IMG/VR virus record: IMGVR_UViG_3300023180_000361
Coordinates: 1 to 25,625 of that record
DNA length: 25,625 nt
Direction: 5' to 3' (one strand)
Origin: a virus
Lineage: Duplodnaviria > Caudoviricetes
Shown: piece by piece, positions 1 to 7,044 of the stretch
Layout of the letters: every line of letters starts with the position of its first letter
Position numbering within the stretch: position 1 is the stretch's first letter
Made by a program: the position numbers and the translations under genes
The notes under the pieces: model-generated
Seen by the model: only the letters and a program-made list of their open reading frames with translations
Databases searched by the model: none
What the model was told of the DNA's origin: nothing

Positions 1-85
1 TGAGGGGGAAAAAGGGGGGGGGGGGGGGATCGGTAGTCATCGGCCATATAAATCGACCAGATATTTGGTTTATTGCGGCTTTCAT
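1..85 (-). CDS. Start of a downstream ORF, truncated by the window edge (MKAAINQISGRFIWPMTTDPPPPPFFPL...)
   Basis: ATG at 83-85 overlaps the methyltransferase stop (ATGA coupling). The frame stays open to the window edge and contains a C15 run read as Pro5. Confidence 0.4.
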   Translation of the reverse strand, partial: MKAAINQISGRFIWPMTTDPPPPPFFPL

Positions 86-918
86 ATCAATCCCTCTGAA
101 AGAATGCGGAATGCCATTGCTGCACATTGCGGAACTTGTCCGTTTCCAATGGCTTTAATTCGGTCCACCCGATGGGCCAACCCATGAGCCACTCGACCCA
201 CGATGGGTTCAGTTGTGCTCCTGTGCATGCAATTTGATTTGTCAACCCCTGCTGTTTGCTGTTCGGCCCTCGCCCCTTCCACTCCGATTGAGTTGGTGTT
301 GGCCACTTCTGCTGGGTCTGTGTGCCACCATAAGCTACCGCATTGGGGAGTTGGTCTAGCCTGCTCTTTCCGTCTTTCCTTGTTAGTCCTTCCGGTGCAT
401 TGGTTCCCTTGTAATCTCGGGTGCATGGTGTGGGCCAATACCCACATTCGGTCTCTTTTATGCGGCGCACCAACGTGCCAAGCTCCCAGCACTCCCCATC
501 TCGCGTCATACCCCATCGAGGCCAGGTCTTTGAGGACGGTTGATAGTCCTCTGGTCCTAAGCAACGGGGAATTTTCAATAAACGCAAATCTAGGCCGAAC
601 CTCTCCAATAACTCTCGCCATTTCCGACCACAAGCCACTGCGTTCACCAGTGATTCCTGCCCCCTTCCCTGCTGCGCTGATGTCCTGGCAGGGAAATCCT
701 CCGCAAACAATGTCAGCTGTCCCTCGCCACGGTCGTCCGTCAAATTCTTTGATGTCTCCAAAGATCGGGAACTCTGGCAGTATTCCGTCCCGCTGGCGTG
801 CTCTGAGCACATCTTGACAGTATGGTTCGATTTCAACGGCAGCGACTGTGGTGTGACCGAGGAGCATCCCCCCGAGGATTCCCCCACCTGCTCCGGCAAA
901 TAAGTGTAATTCTCGCAT
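82..918 (-). CDS. DNA (cytosine-5)-methyltransferase, main (alpha-type) polypeptide
   Basis: Motif I LFAGAGG, motif IV GGFPCQD (catalytic Cys), motif VI ENSP, motif VIII HKRDRMW and motif X IKAIGNGQVPQ are present. No motif IX in this frame. Confidence 0.93.
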   Translation of the reverse strand: MRELHLFAGAGGGILGGMLLGHTTVAAVEIEPYCQDVLRARQRDGILPEFPIFGDIKEFDGRPWRGTADIVCGGFPCQDISAAGKGAGITGERSGLWSEMARVIGEVRPRFAFIENSPLLRTRGLSTVLKDLASMGYDARWGVLGAWHVGAPHKRDRMWVLAHTMHPRLQGNQCTGRTNKERRKEQARPTPQCGSLWWHTDPAEVANTNSIGVEGARAEQQTAGVDKSNCMHRSTTEPIVGRVAHGLAHRVDRIKAIGNGQVPQCAAMAFRILSEGLI

Positions 919-923
919 TTCAT
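87..923 (-). CDS. Alternate-frame methyltransferase partner polypeptide (beta-type; motif IX-like segment and WPTP repeats)
   Basis: 278-codon ORF lying almost entirely over the MTase gene. It has a motif IX-like LNPSWVEWLMGWPIGWT (162-212) and two WPTPxxxx[YW]KG repeats. Its ATG overlaps the stop of the upstream mini-ORF. The actual start could be internal. Confidence 0.7.
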   Translation of the reverse strand: MKCENYTYLPEQVGESSGGCSSVTPQSLPLKSNHTVKMCSEHASGTEYCQSSRSLETSKNLTDDRGEGQLTLFAEDFPARTSAQQGRGQESLVNAVACGRKWRELLERFGLDLRLLKIPRCLGPEDYQPSSKTWPRWGMTRDGECWELGTLVRRIKETECGYWPTPCTRDYKGTNAPEGLTRKDGKSRLDQLPNAVAYGGTQTQQKWPTPTQSEWKGRGPNSKQQGLTNQIACTGAQLNPSWVEWLMGWPIGWTELKPLETDKFRNVQQWHSAFFQRD

Positions 924-973
924 TCTTTCTCGCGCCAGTAATACGGACCCGGCTCTGTTGGTAGTTTACTCAT
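920..973 (-). CDS. 17-aa mini-ORF or gene remnant (MSKLPTEPGPYYWREKE)
   Basis: GGGAGG ribosome-binding site upstream. PTEPGxY-W resembles a common small phage protein N-terminus. Its TGA overlaps the ATG at 923 and lies 1 nt before the ATG at 918. Confidence 0.45.
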   Translation of the reverse strand: MSKLPTEPGPYYWREKE

Positions 974-1034
974 TCCAAAAGTCCCTCCCTAAGTCTCGGA
1001 AATCGACAACGGATTCCAAAATCATATAGGGTTT

Positions 1035-1102
1035 AAAAAAAAAGGGGGGGGGTGTTAAATGTCATGAGCCCCGCTGGGGACGGACCCCTCCCCACCACCC
1101 CC
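1035..1102 (-). other. G-run cluster followed by C9-T9 at the 3' end of the terminase small subunit gene (terminator-like or packaging-signal candidate)
   Basis: Minus strand reads GGGGG-TGGT-GGGG-A-GGGG-TCCGTCCCCAGC-GGGG ... CCCCCCCCC TTTTTTTTT. Confidence 0.4.
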
Positions 1103-1765
1103 TTCCGCTGCTTTTCCACCTGGACTGAGCTGCTTCTGTTCTCCATCAACGACTTGAGCGTCCAGAACCACTGATTGGTCATCAGATGTTCGTGCCTGAT
1201 CCACCTTCAATCGTTCGGCGTGAAGTGTTTGTAGTAAAGCAGATGGACCGTGAGCGTGGGTGTGATTCATTTGTCCATCCACCCTCTTCGTCTGAGCATA
1301 TTCTTTCGGATGCACCCTTTCCAACAGGTCCAAAGCCAGCCTCGGACTCTTCTCCATTCCCTGGTAGATCACGTTAAGCAGCAGGTTTTTATTGATCGAC
1401 TTTGCCCTGTCGCATGCGGTCTCGAAGTCAGCGTGTTTGCTTTTCCATTTGCTGAGTGTGCTCGGAGTGATGTGGACAAGCGCGGCAGCGTCTTCCTGAG
1501 TCATACCGATGGCGATCATTCTCAATATGGGCATGACAGACTCTCTGTTATATGTCTGATTGGATCTGACACCGTCCATGCTGGCATCGATGGCAGACTG
1601 AGGGCAGATAGCTGAGATTGCGTCCTGGTGAGGAGCGAGTGCCTTTGCCAGCCCACATGACTGCCCTGAATTGTTTTTGATTGAGATGGCGCGTTGGTCA
1701 TCATTGATTCGTTTTCGGGTGAGTCCACCTTTCTCCCCCTTCCTCTTCATTGGTCTTTTCTCCAT
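1055..1765 (-). CDS. Putative terminase small subunit (HTH)
   Basis: HTH-like segment MTQEDAAALVHITPSTLSKWKSKHADFETACDRAK, then ALDLLERVHPKEY and a low-complexity Gly-rich tail. It lies after the replication genes and has GGGGG upstream of the ATG. Confidence 0.65.
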   Translation of the reverse strand: MEKRPMKRKGEKGGLTRKRINDDQRAISIKNNSGQSCGLAKALAPHQDAISAICPQSAIDASMDGVRSNQTYNRESVMPILRMIAIGMTQEDAAALVHITPSTLSKWKSKHADFETACDRAKSINKNLLLNVIYQGMEKSPRLALDLLERVHPKEYAQTKRVDGQMNHTHAHGPSALLQTLHAERLKVDQARTSDDQSVVLDAQVVDGEQKQLSPGGKAAEGGGGEGSVPSGAHDI

Positions 1766-1852
1766 ATTACCCCCTAGATCGCTTCAGAATCATGCCTGAC
1801 GCATTTGCGTTGTTAAGTAGTGTCATCATACCATTCACAATAGATCCCATGC

Positions 1853-2116
1853 TCACAGAGGCTTTCTGAGTGATTTCCTGAACACGCGCCGCCAGATCTC
1901 GAGCCAGACGCATTCGTCATCATGTTGGTGTGGATCGGGCTGTTCAACCAGGACGATGATGTGCCCGGCGCGGTCCATGTCTTTGGCGATACGGTTGAGG
2001 ATCCAGAGTTCGTTCTCCGGGTGACAGGCGTATGTCATGGGTCGATACCCCAGCTCCTCTGCTCGCTGTTGGGTGAGCACATCTCGCTCGATGCCATTCA
2101 GGAGGATCGTGTTCAT
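1853..2116 (-). CDS. Hypothetical protein
   Basis: 87-aa ORF with ATGA coupling to the upstream DnaC-like gene. Confidence 0.7.
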   Translation of the reverse strand: MNTILLNGIERDVLTQQRAEELGYRPMTYACHPENELWILNRIAKDMDRAGHIIVLVEQPDPHQHDDECVWLEIWRRVFRKSLRKPL

Positions 2117-2739
2117 CTGTTTCGCAGGTTGTAGTCTGTGGTCTGTATGTCGGCGACGATGCCTTTGTCGCGGATGAGCCGGGATGCGATGCGTTTCTCT
2201 GTTTTGGCGATTGCCATCATGGACAGGTTACTGGTGAGGATCGTCCATTTGCCTACACGGCACCCGAGCAGTGTGTTGATCTTCTCAAGCGTCCAGTCGG
2301 ACTGACGTTCGGCCAGGACATCGTCGAGGACGAGGTATCGCCAGCGTTGCATGTCGCCGAAGCGACTGTAGAGGCTGGCATCAGTTCGCATGTCATCCAT
2401 GAGTTTGGGCCAATAAACGAAATGCGGTAGGTAGTTTGCCCGTCCCTGGAAGTCTGGTCGTTTTGAAAGCCACGCCCAAAGGCGTTTGGCGATGTGTGTC
2501 TTTCCAGCTCCGCTGCTCCCCAGCAGGGATAGCCAGCGAGGTTTGTCTCCCGCCTTGACGGCAATAGCCCACTCAGCTGCTGCACGAACCATGCGCTCGA
2601 CGTTGTCATCGACCAGCTCAATTTTGAACCACTCGGCCCACGCCTGCGTATTCACTTCCGTCTGTCTCGTTGGCTGTTCCTGTGTTCCGGGAGATCGCTG
2701 GAACAGATCCCCGACGATTTGTGCTGTTGTTGTTTTCAT
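2113..2739 (-). CDS. DnaC/IstB-like AAA+ helicase loader
   Basis: Walker A GSSGAGKT, Walker B LVLDD, TILTSN and RIASRL motifs; follows the replication initiator gene. Confidence 0.88.
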   Translation of the reverse strand: MKTTTAQIVGDLFQRSPGTQEQPTRQTEVNTQAWAEWFKIELVDDNVERMVRAAAEWAIAVKAGDKPRWLSLLGSSGAGKTHIAKRLWAWLSKRPDFQGRANYLPHFVYWPKLMDDMRTDASLYSRFGDMQRWRYLVLDDVLAERQSDWTLEKINTLLGCRVGKWTILTSNLSMMAIAKTEKRIASRLIRDKGIVADIQTTDYNLRNR

Positions 2740-3355
2740 GATTGGACTTCCATGGTTCGTTCTGGATGACGAACCACCATTTGATGGGTTCCTTGTTTTT
2801 GTTGAGCCAAAGGTTGTGACCTTCGTAGTAATTGAAAAAAGCCTCTCCAGTGGATGAAGGAATTCTGCGTTTTTCGCAGAATGACAAAACCTCCTCCAGG
2901 GTCGGAAGTGCTTTGGCTTCCTTCTTTTTTGTACATGTAGTACTTTTAGTATTTAGTCTTTTGTCTTTAGGGATAACGTTTCGATCAGGTTTTTCTGATC
3001 GGTTTTTCTGAATTTTTGTTGATTCCCTGACACTTACGGCAAATTTTGCTGCCTTTTCCAAACGATTTTGGTGCGCGATTTTGTTCGTAATATGCTCACT
3101 TTTTAGCACAAAGTTGTCTCCCGAAAGCTCACAAGTAATAAGGTTTGAGGCTTTCAAAGACTCCAAAACGGCAGCTGTTTTTGATGCCCGAAAACCCCAC
3201 AGTCGGGCTAGAGATCGCTTGTTCACGGTCAGTTCACCTGGAGTATCATTGGCGCACAATGCTGGCATTAATTCCACCCATGCCCCCTTCTCTTCAGTCG
3301 TCAGCATACGGGTGGACAATGCCCATTCATCGAAATACAGTTTTATGTATTTCAT
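2618..3355 (-). CDS. Phage replication initiator (YdaU/DUF1376-like N-terminal winged helix)
   Basis: N-terminus YIKLYFDEWALSTRMLTTEEKGAWVELM and C-terminal PTLEEV...FFNYYE...W domain. Start placed at 3355 because of ATGA overlap with the upstream ORF. Initiator-then-loader gene order. Confidence 0.8.
   Translation of the reverse strand: MKYIKLYFDEWALSTRMLTTEEKGAWVELMPALCANDTPGELTVNKRSLARLWGFRASKTAAVLESLKASNLITCELSGDNFVLKSEHITNKIAHQNRLEKAAKFAVSVRESTKIQKNRSEKPDRNVIPKDKRLNTKSTTCTKKKEAKALPTLEEVLSFCEKRRIPSSTGEAFFNYYEGHNLWLNKNKEPIKWWFVIQNEPWKSNHENNNSTNRRGSVPAISRNTGTANETDGSEYAGVGRVVQN
2920..3070. other. Candidate lambda-type replication origin within the initiator gene
   Basis: AT-rich, strand-asymmetric tract at about 2920-2970; direct repeat GGTTTTTCTGA at 2988-2998 and 3001-3011; inverted repeat CGATCAG/CTGATCG at 2982-3001. 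Confidence 0.5.
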
Positions 3356-3597
3356 TCCTCCTCCTCCTCTTTGCATGGCAGGTTCCTTCGCCTGGAAGCC
3401 GCACGTTTCTCGGCATGCCAGCCAATCTCCATGCCGCGCTTTGCAAAGAATTTTCGAAACGCTCTCTGGAACTCAGAGGCGTTGACAACATGGTTTGGGT
3501 GAGTGTCTCCGGAGAAGTCCGCCCTCATTGGTTCAGGTTCACGCACGGCTAAAAATAGTAGGGTTGAGCCAGGTCTCCAATCGACGAGATCTCCCAT
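3352..3597 (-). CDS. Hypothetical protein
   Basis: 81-aa ORF filling the gap between neighbours and coupled to the initiator start. Confidence 0.6.
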   Translation of the reverse strand: MGDLVDWRPGSTLLFLAVREPEPMRADFSGDTHPNHVVNASEFQRAFRKFFAKRGMEIGWHAEKRAASRRRNLPCKEEEEE

Positions 3598-3923
3598 GCT
3601 TTGGGTTGGTGTATTGAGGGCATGTCGCGAAACTCGGCGTCGATTCGGCGGAATACCTCATCAAAATACCTATCTGTGTCGCGCCTGTTCTGAACGCTTT
3701 TGTGAGCGTGAGTAATAGTTGTGTGGTCGCGGTTCAATTCCCGCGCACACTGGTGATTACTCATGCCTTTTCGGCAGAGCATGACCATGAGAACCTGCCG
3801 AGCCATGGCAGCTTGTTCGATTCTGGATCTGCTCATGATCAACGCAGTATCTACCTGGAATTCAGCTCCTATGCTCTGCGCCATGCGCTCAATGACAGTT
3901 GTATAGCTTAGTGATGCGGTCAT
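3549..3923 (-). CDS. Stand-alone DnaA C-terminal (domain IV) HTH protein
   Basis: SRSRIEQAAMARQVLM...ARELNRDHTTITHA matches the DnaA domain IV signature (RQ..M, RDHTT[VI]). Confidence 0.85.
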   Translation of the reverse strand: MTASLSYTTVIERMAQSIGAEFQVDTALIMSRSRIEQAAMARQVLMVMLCRKGMSNHQCARELNRDHTTITHAHKSVQNRRDTDRYFDEVFRRIDAEFRDMPSIHQPKAWEISSIGDLAQPYYF

Positions 3924-4389
3924 AGAAATTTAATGGTGTTGAATCGTTGAACACAATTTCGTCTGGGGTGATTAAATCGACGCTGGTCTCCGATACATGC
4001 GAGTCCTCAATGCAGTCCGTAGCCGGGCGGCGGATCCGCCAGACGACTCCGCCCATCGATCGAACCCACTCGGACTCGATCGGAAATCGCACATCATCGA
4101 TGACAACAACTGCGTTCGGATCCTCGAGGCGACTGAGTTTGTCGGCGAGTTTGTCTACCCAGACCGTTGTGCCGAACAGCTGTTTTGCTGCCTCCCCCAC
4201 ACTCTGGTATACCGGGCGCAGAGTCTCTTTGCGGTCCTCTCGGTATTTTCCAAATATCTTCCCGACCTCGGACTTGATCTGGTCGGCAAACGAGAATCGG
4301 TAGCAGTGGTCGCCGATAATGTGTTGCAGGTGCTCGGCGGCGGATGATTTGCCCGAGCGTTTTTTTCCGCAAAGTCCAATTATTTTCAT
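3889..4389 (-). CDS. Deoxynucleoside monophosphate kinase
   Basis: MKIIGLCGKKRSGKS P-loop, SFADQIK, R..YQ..G and VVIDDVRF..E and H.SE motifs. ATG at 4389 preferred as the start. Confidence 0.9.
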   Translation of the reverse strand: MKIIGLCGKKRSGKSSAAEHLQHIIGDHCYRFSFADQIKSEVGKIFGKYREDRKETLRPVYQSVGEAAKQLFGTTVWVDKLADKLSRLEDPNAVVVIDDVRFPIESEWVRSMGGVVWRIRRPATDCIEDSHVSETSVDLITPDEIVFNDSTPLNFYDRITKLYNCH

Positions 4390-4403
4390 TTGTAAATTTT
4401 GGT

Positions 4404-4426
4404 AAAGGGGGAGCACTCGCTCCCCC
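4404..4426 (-). terminator. GC-rich hairpin; weak terminator or attenuator between resolvase and kinase genes
   Basis: GGGGGAGC-GAGT-GCTCCCCC (8-bp stem, 4407-4426) followed by only TTT on the minus strand. Confidence 0.45.
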
Positions 4427-4466
4427 AGATCGAAGCCAATGACCGGACAATCTGATTAAAAAACGA

Positions 4467-4799
4467 TCAGTGAGCTCGATCCGCCAACATGGCGAAGAAT
4501 GTGTCTGCGTCCATCATCACGGTGAAGGGCGCGTGGTTGCGTTTCGCGGCGATGACCCAGGGCAGACCCGATCTCTGGGCGTCTGATTTAGCCTGTGAGA
4601 TCCAGTCCTGGATGGGCCAACGCTCGCAGTGTTTAACCTCAAAGTGGAAGGGCAGCTCGGAGTGAACGTCAGCGGACGTTCCGTCTGGGGATTTTCCAGA
4701 GTATTGACAGGAACGATGAGCATCATACCCGTGCTCCCTGAGTTTGTCGCGCCAGGCGCGTTCACCCCGGGCCCCCTTCTGCTTTGAGTTAATAGTCAT
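4467..4799 (-). CDS. Putative Holliday junction resolvase (Hjc-like PD-(D/E)XK)
   Basis: NSKQKGARGER, AD and FHFEVKH motifs, plus WISQA..DA and KRNHAP. Confidence 0.8.
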   Translation of the reverse strand: MTINSKQKGARGERAWRDKLREHGYDAHRSCQYSGKSPDGTSADVHSELPFHFEVKHCERWPIQDWISQAKSDAQRSGLPWVIAAKRNHAPFTVMMDADTFFAMLADRAH

Positions 4800-5092
4800 G
4801 AGAACGGGATGTCGTCTTCTGTCACCGCGACAGGCGCAGGTTGTGCGACTGCCTCCGGGGCATCGTCGCGCCGCTGAATCATGATCGACAGGGTTTTATC
4901 CCCCGTTTGTTGATCCTGGTTCACCCAGCCACTAAAAGAGACAATGTCCCCCTTTTGGAGATCCTCTAGGATCTCAACCTTACTGTTGCCCAGCGATGGA
5001 GCAGCTGGGTTGTCACTGTTGTTTGCGAACATCTTCGCGTAAGCGATGCGTGTGTATGTCGCTCGAGGTTTCGAGCCTGGTGCTATAGCCAT
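4796..5092 (-). CDS. Putative single-stranded DNA-binding protein
   Basis: Small beta-rich protein with Pro/Ala linker and acidic EDDIPF C-terminal tip, in a recombination cluster. Confidence 0.65.
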   Translation of the reverse strand: MAIAPGSKPRATYTRIAYAKMFANNSDNPAAPSLGNSKVEILEDLQKGDIVSFSGWVNQDQQTGDKTLSIMIQRRDDAPEAVAQPAPVAVTEDDIPFS

Positions 5093-5095
5093 AGT

Positions 5096-6079
5096 CTATT
5101 TGGTCTTTCTGAGCATTGTTATGGGTTTGCCGGGTTTGATATATTCGCCGTCCAGCTCGCGCCCGGTTCGCAGCTGGTAAAGGGATTGAAGTTTTTTGAG
5201 GTTAACTGAGCAGCATCCGAGGAACTCCTCGGCATTCAGCGTGTCTTTGAGTGACTGCCACGCCCCCACCCCGTCCACTTTTGAGGATCCGGATCGAGTG
5301 AAAACTTTGTAGCCGGGGACATCTGTCCCGCCATCGACCCACTCCTTGATGCGAGCAGTTGCTCGCTCGCGCATGCTGTTAAGGAAATCGAGATCGTCTT
5401 TCAGATCAGCGACTTTTTTCGGATCAGACCAGACTGACTCCCAGTCCGTCTGCCAGGCCCGGAAGAGGGCACCTTTAACCTCACTGCAACCCTCGTACAG
5501 CTGGCAGCGATGACACTGAACTCCGAGCCCACGTTTGCCGCTTCCAACGTGGTCAAGGAATTTCTCGACCGTGCTCAGGATGGATGCTTTGGTGAAGTTG
5601 AAGCTACTGGTTTGACGGGTGTCCCAGTAGATGAAATGTAGTTCTACGTGCTCGATCTCTGGTCTATCCTGGAGGATGGCGTTGGCGTATCCAACTAACT
5701 GGATATATTGCTCAGGGTTTCCCTGACCTGATTTGCCATCGGCTACGTGGAGAGTGGTGCCATCTGACTGCCACACGCAGTCGGCGTGTCCGAAATATTC
5801 TGGGGACTCAGAGTGAAGCTCCAGCTCCCACTCCACTGTCGCCCCCTGGGCCAGTTCGTCGACGACCTCTACCGCCCATGCGGCGTGACTCAGTTCCTCT
5901 GGGTCAAAGTTCTGCGGAAGCTTCTGATCGGTTCCGAGGAGTTCCCAGTATTTATGGATCCGGGTCCCACGTTGTGCGGCTTGCGAGGATTCCCCTTCAA
6001 CCGCTTTGTAGTCGGCGCACCTCAACAGGTCGGGCCATTTGGAGCAACCAAATGGGTGATGTTTGCGTTCGTCGCTCAT
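5096..6079 (-). CDS. PD-(D/E)XK exonuclease, DUF2800/Cas4-like
   Basis: AAQRGTRIH, FGHADC, VADGKSG and QLVGYA motifs; N-terminal Cys plus CHRCQLYEGC cluster. Confidence 0.85.
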   Translation of the reverse strand: MSDERKHHPFGCSKWPDLLRCADYKAVEGESSQAAQRGTRIHKYWELLGTDQKLPQNFDPEELSHAAWAVEVVDELAQGATVEWELELHSESPEYFGHADCVWQSDGTTLHVADGKSGQGNPEQYIQLVGYANAILQDRPEIEHVELHFIYWDTRQTSSFNFTKASILSTVEKFLDHVGSGKRGLGVQCHRCQLYEGCSEVKGALFRAWQTDWESVWSDPKKVADLKDDLDFLNSMRERATARIKEWVDGGTDVPGYKVFTRSGSSKVDGVGAWQSLKDTLNAEEFLGCCSVNLKKLQSLYQLRTGRELDGEYIKPGKPITMLRKTK

Positions 6080-6576
6080 AGGTCCAGGTTGAATTTGGGT
6101 TTATTGCCTGGCACCACGCGAGCCGTAGTGACGGGGCGTCTATTTGTGGTGGCAGTTGGTTTGGACTGCACCCCGGCGGCGGCGTTACCGTCATCGTCGT
6201 TCTCCCCGGCGATCCCGAGGATGGACGCTAACGAGAAGCGTCTCAAATACGTGATAGTGGATCCCACTTTGTGCGGGTTTGACACATCGCATACCATGGA
6301 GAGGTCGCTCTGTATGTTTGCTCCCCCAGCGTGAGCCAGGACGGTGCGAATGTTTATTTTGCCGTCCACGATGCTGGGCATCTGAATGATGGCGATCCCG
6401 TGTTCGGAGAACACTTTGACGGGACCGTTCAATATGGAATCCAGCGTGACGTAGTTGCTGCGGAAATGAGGGTTTTTGCCCTCTTTGGTTACCGCTGAGA
6501 TTTTCAGCTGCGCTTTCGCGATCGCGCAAAAGAGATCGCTGGTGCCTGGCTGGGTGGGTGCTGTTTCTGTAGTCAT
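6076..6576 (-). CDS. erf: ERF-family ssDNA annealing protein
   Basis: KNPHFRSNYVTLDSI and the ERF signature GSTITYLRRFSLASILGIAGENDDDGN. Confidence 0.92.
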   Translation of the reverse strand: MTTETAPTQPGTSDLFCAIAKAQLKISAVTKEGKNPHFRSNYVTLDSILNGPVKVFSEHGIAIIQMPSIVDGKINIRTVLAHAGGANIQSDLSMVCDVSNPHKVGSTITYLRRFSLASILGIAGENDDDGNAAAGVQSKPTATTNRRPVTTARVVPGNKPKFNLDL

Positions 6577-6578
6577 TT

Positions 6579-6665
6579 TTACCAGTGTTTTTCATCCCCA
6601 ACGAATCCGCTGATGGCGCACACGAAGAGGAGCGTGATTAGGGTTAATGCGATGAGAGTGCTCAT
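6579..6665 (-). CDS. 28-aa single-pass membrane peptide (MSTLIALTLITLLFVCAISGFVGDEKHW)
   Basis: Translated by hand; below the ORF-track size cutoff. ATGA-coupled to the upstream gene and ends 2 nt before the erf ATG. Confidence 0.65.
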   Translation of the reverse strand: MSTLIALTLITLLFVCAISGFVGDEKHW

Positions 6666-6796
6666 TTACGTTTTCTGTTGATGGCGGACTGGAGCGTGTC
6701 AGCGACCCAGTCCCGAATGGTGACGCCCTTCTGAACCGCCAGCAGTTTGATCTGCTGGTGAAGAACGGAGGGGATTTGAATGTTTTTGATTTTCAT
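6662..6796 (-). CDS. 44-aa ribbon-helix-helix regulator (Cro-equivalent candidate)
   Basis: Translated by hand: MKIKNIQIPSVLHQQIKLLAVQKGVTIRDWVADTLQSAINRKRK. Beta strand, helix, G-x-T turn, helix pattern. Confidence 0.8.
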   Translation of the reverse strand: MKIKNIQIPSVLHQQIKLLAVQKGVTIRDWVADTLQSAINRKRK

Positions 6797-6804
6797 AGAT
6801 GCAT

Positions 6805-6818
6805 AATATGCGCCTATT
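6805..6818. promoter_or_regulatory. Operator/promoter repeat copy AATATGCGCCTATT
   Basis: Exact 14-bp copy of 7051-7064, just upstream of the 44-aa RHH gene. Confidence 0.65.
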
Positions 6819-7044
6819 AAGCGCAAATTTCAGCCCGAGTCTTTTGTGATAATGATTGCCATTTTACTTTGGCCAGGTTGAGGACATGCAGAACGAGTGG
6901 CTTGTTGACCGAGATTCCGTTGTTTATGAGTCCTTCGACGATTGACTGCTTAGTCTGACCCCATGAGCAATTGAACTCATAGGCATGAACGGCCTCTGCC
7001 GCTACGTTGTTGAGTATTGCCTCTCTGGCTTCCGTGTTTTCCAT
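6817..7044 (-). CDS. Hypothetical early protein (75 aa)
   Basis: First ORF of the leftward early operon, directly after the promoter at 7051-7079. Confidence 0.75.
   Translation of the reverse strand: MENTEAREAILNNVAAEAVHAYEFNCSWGQTKQSIVEGLINNGISVNKPLVLHVLNLAKVKWQSLSQKTRAEICA

Noticed and set aside
203-817. 204-aa plus-strand ORF as a third gene over the methyltransferase
   Set aside because: No recognisable motifs and it is antisense to a doubly constrained region; most likely a shadow ORF.
5096-6079. CRISPR-Cas system suggested by the Cas4-like nuclease
   Set aside because: No repeat-spacer array or other cas genes were seen; the ERF/SSB context indicates a recombination exonuclease.
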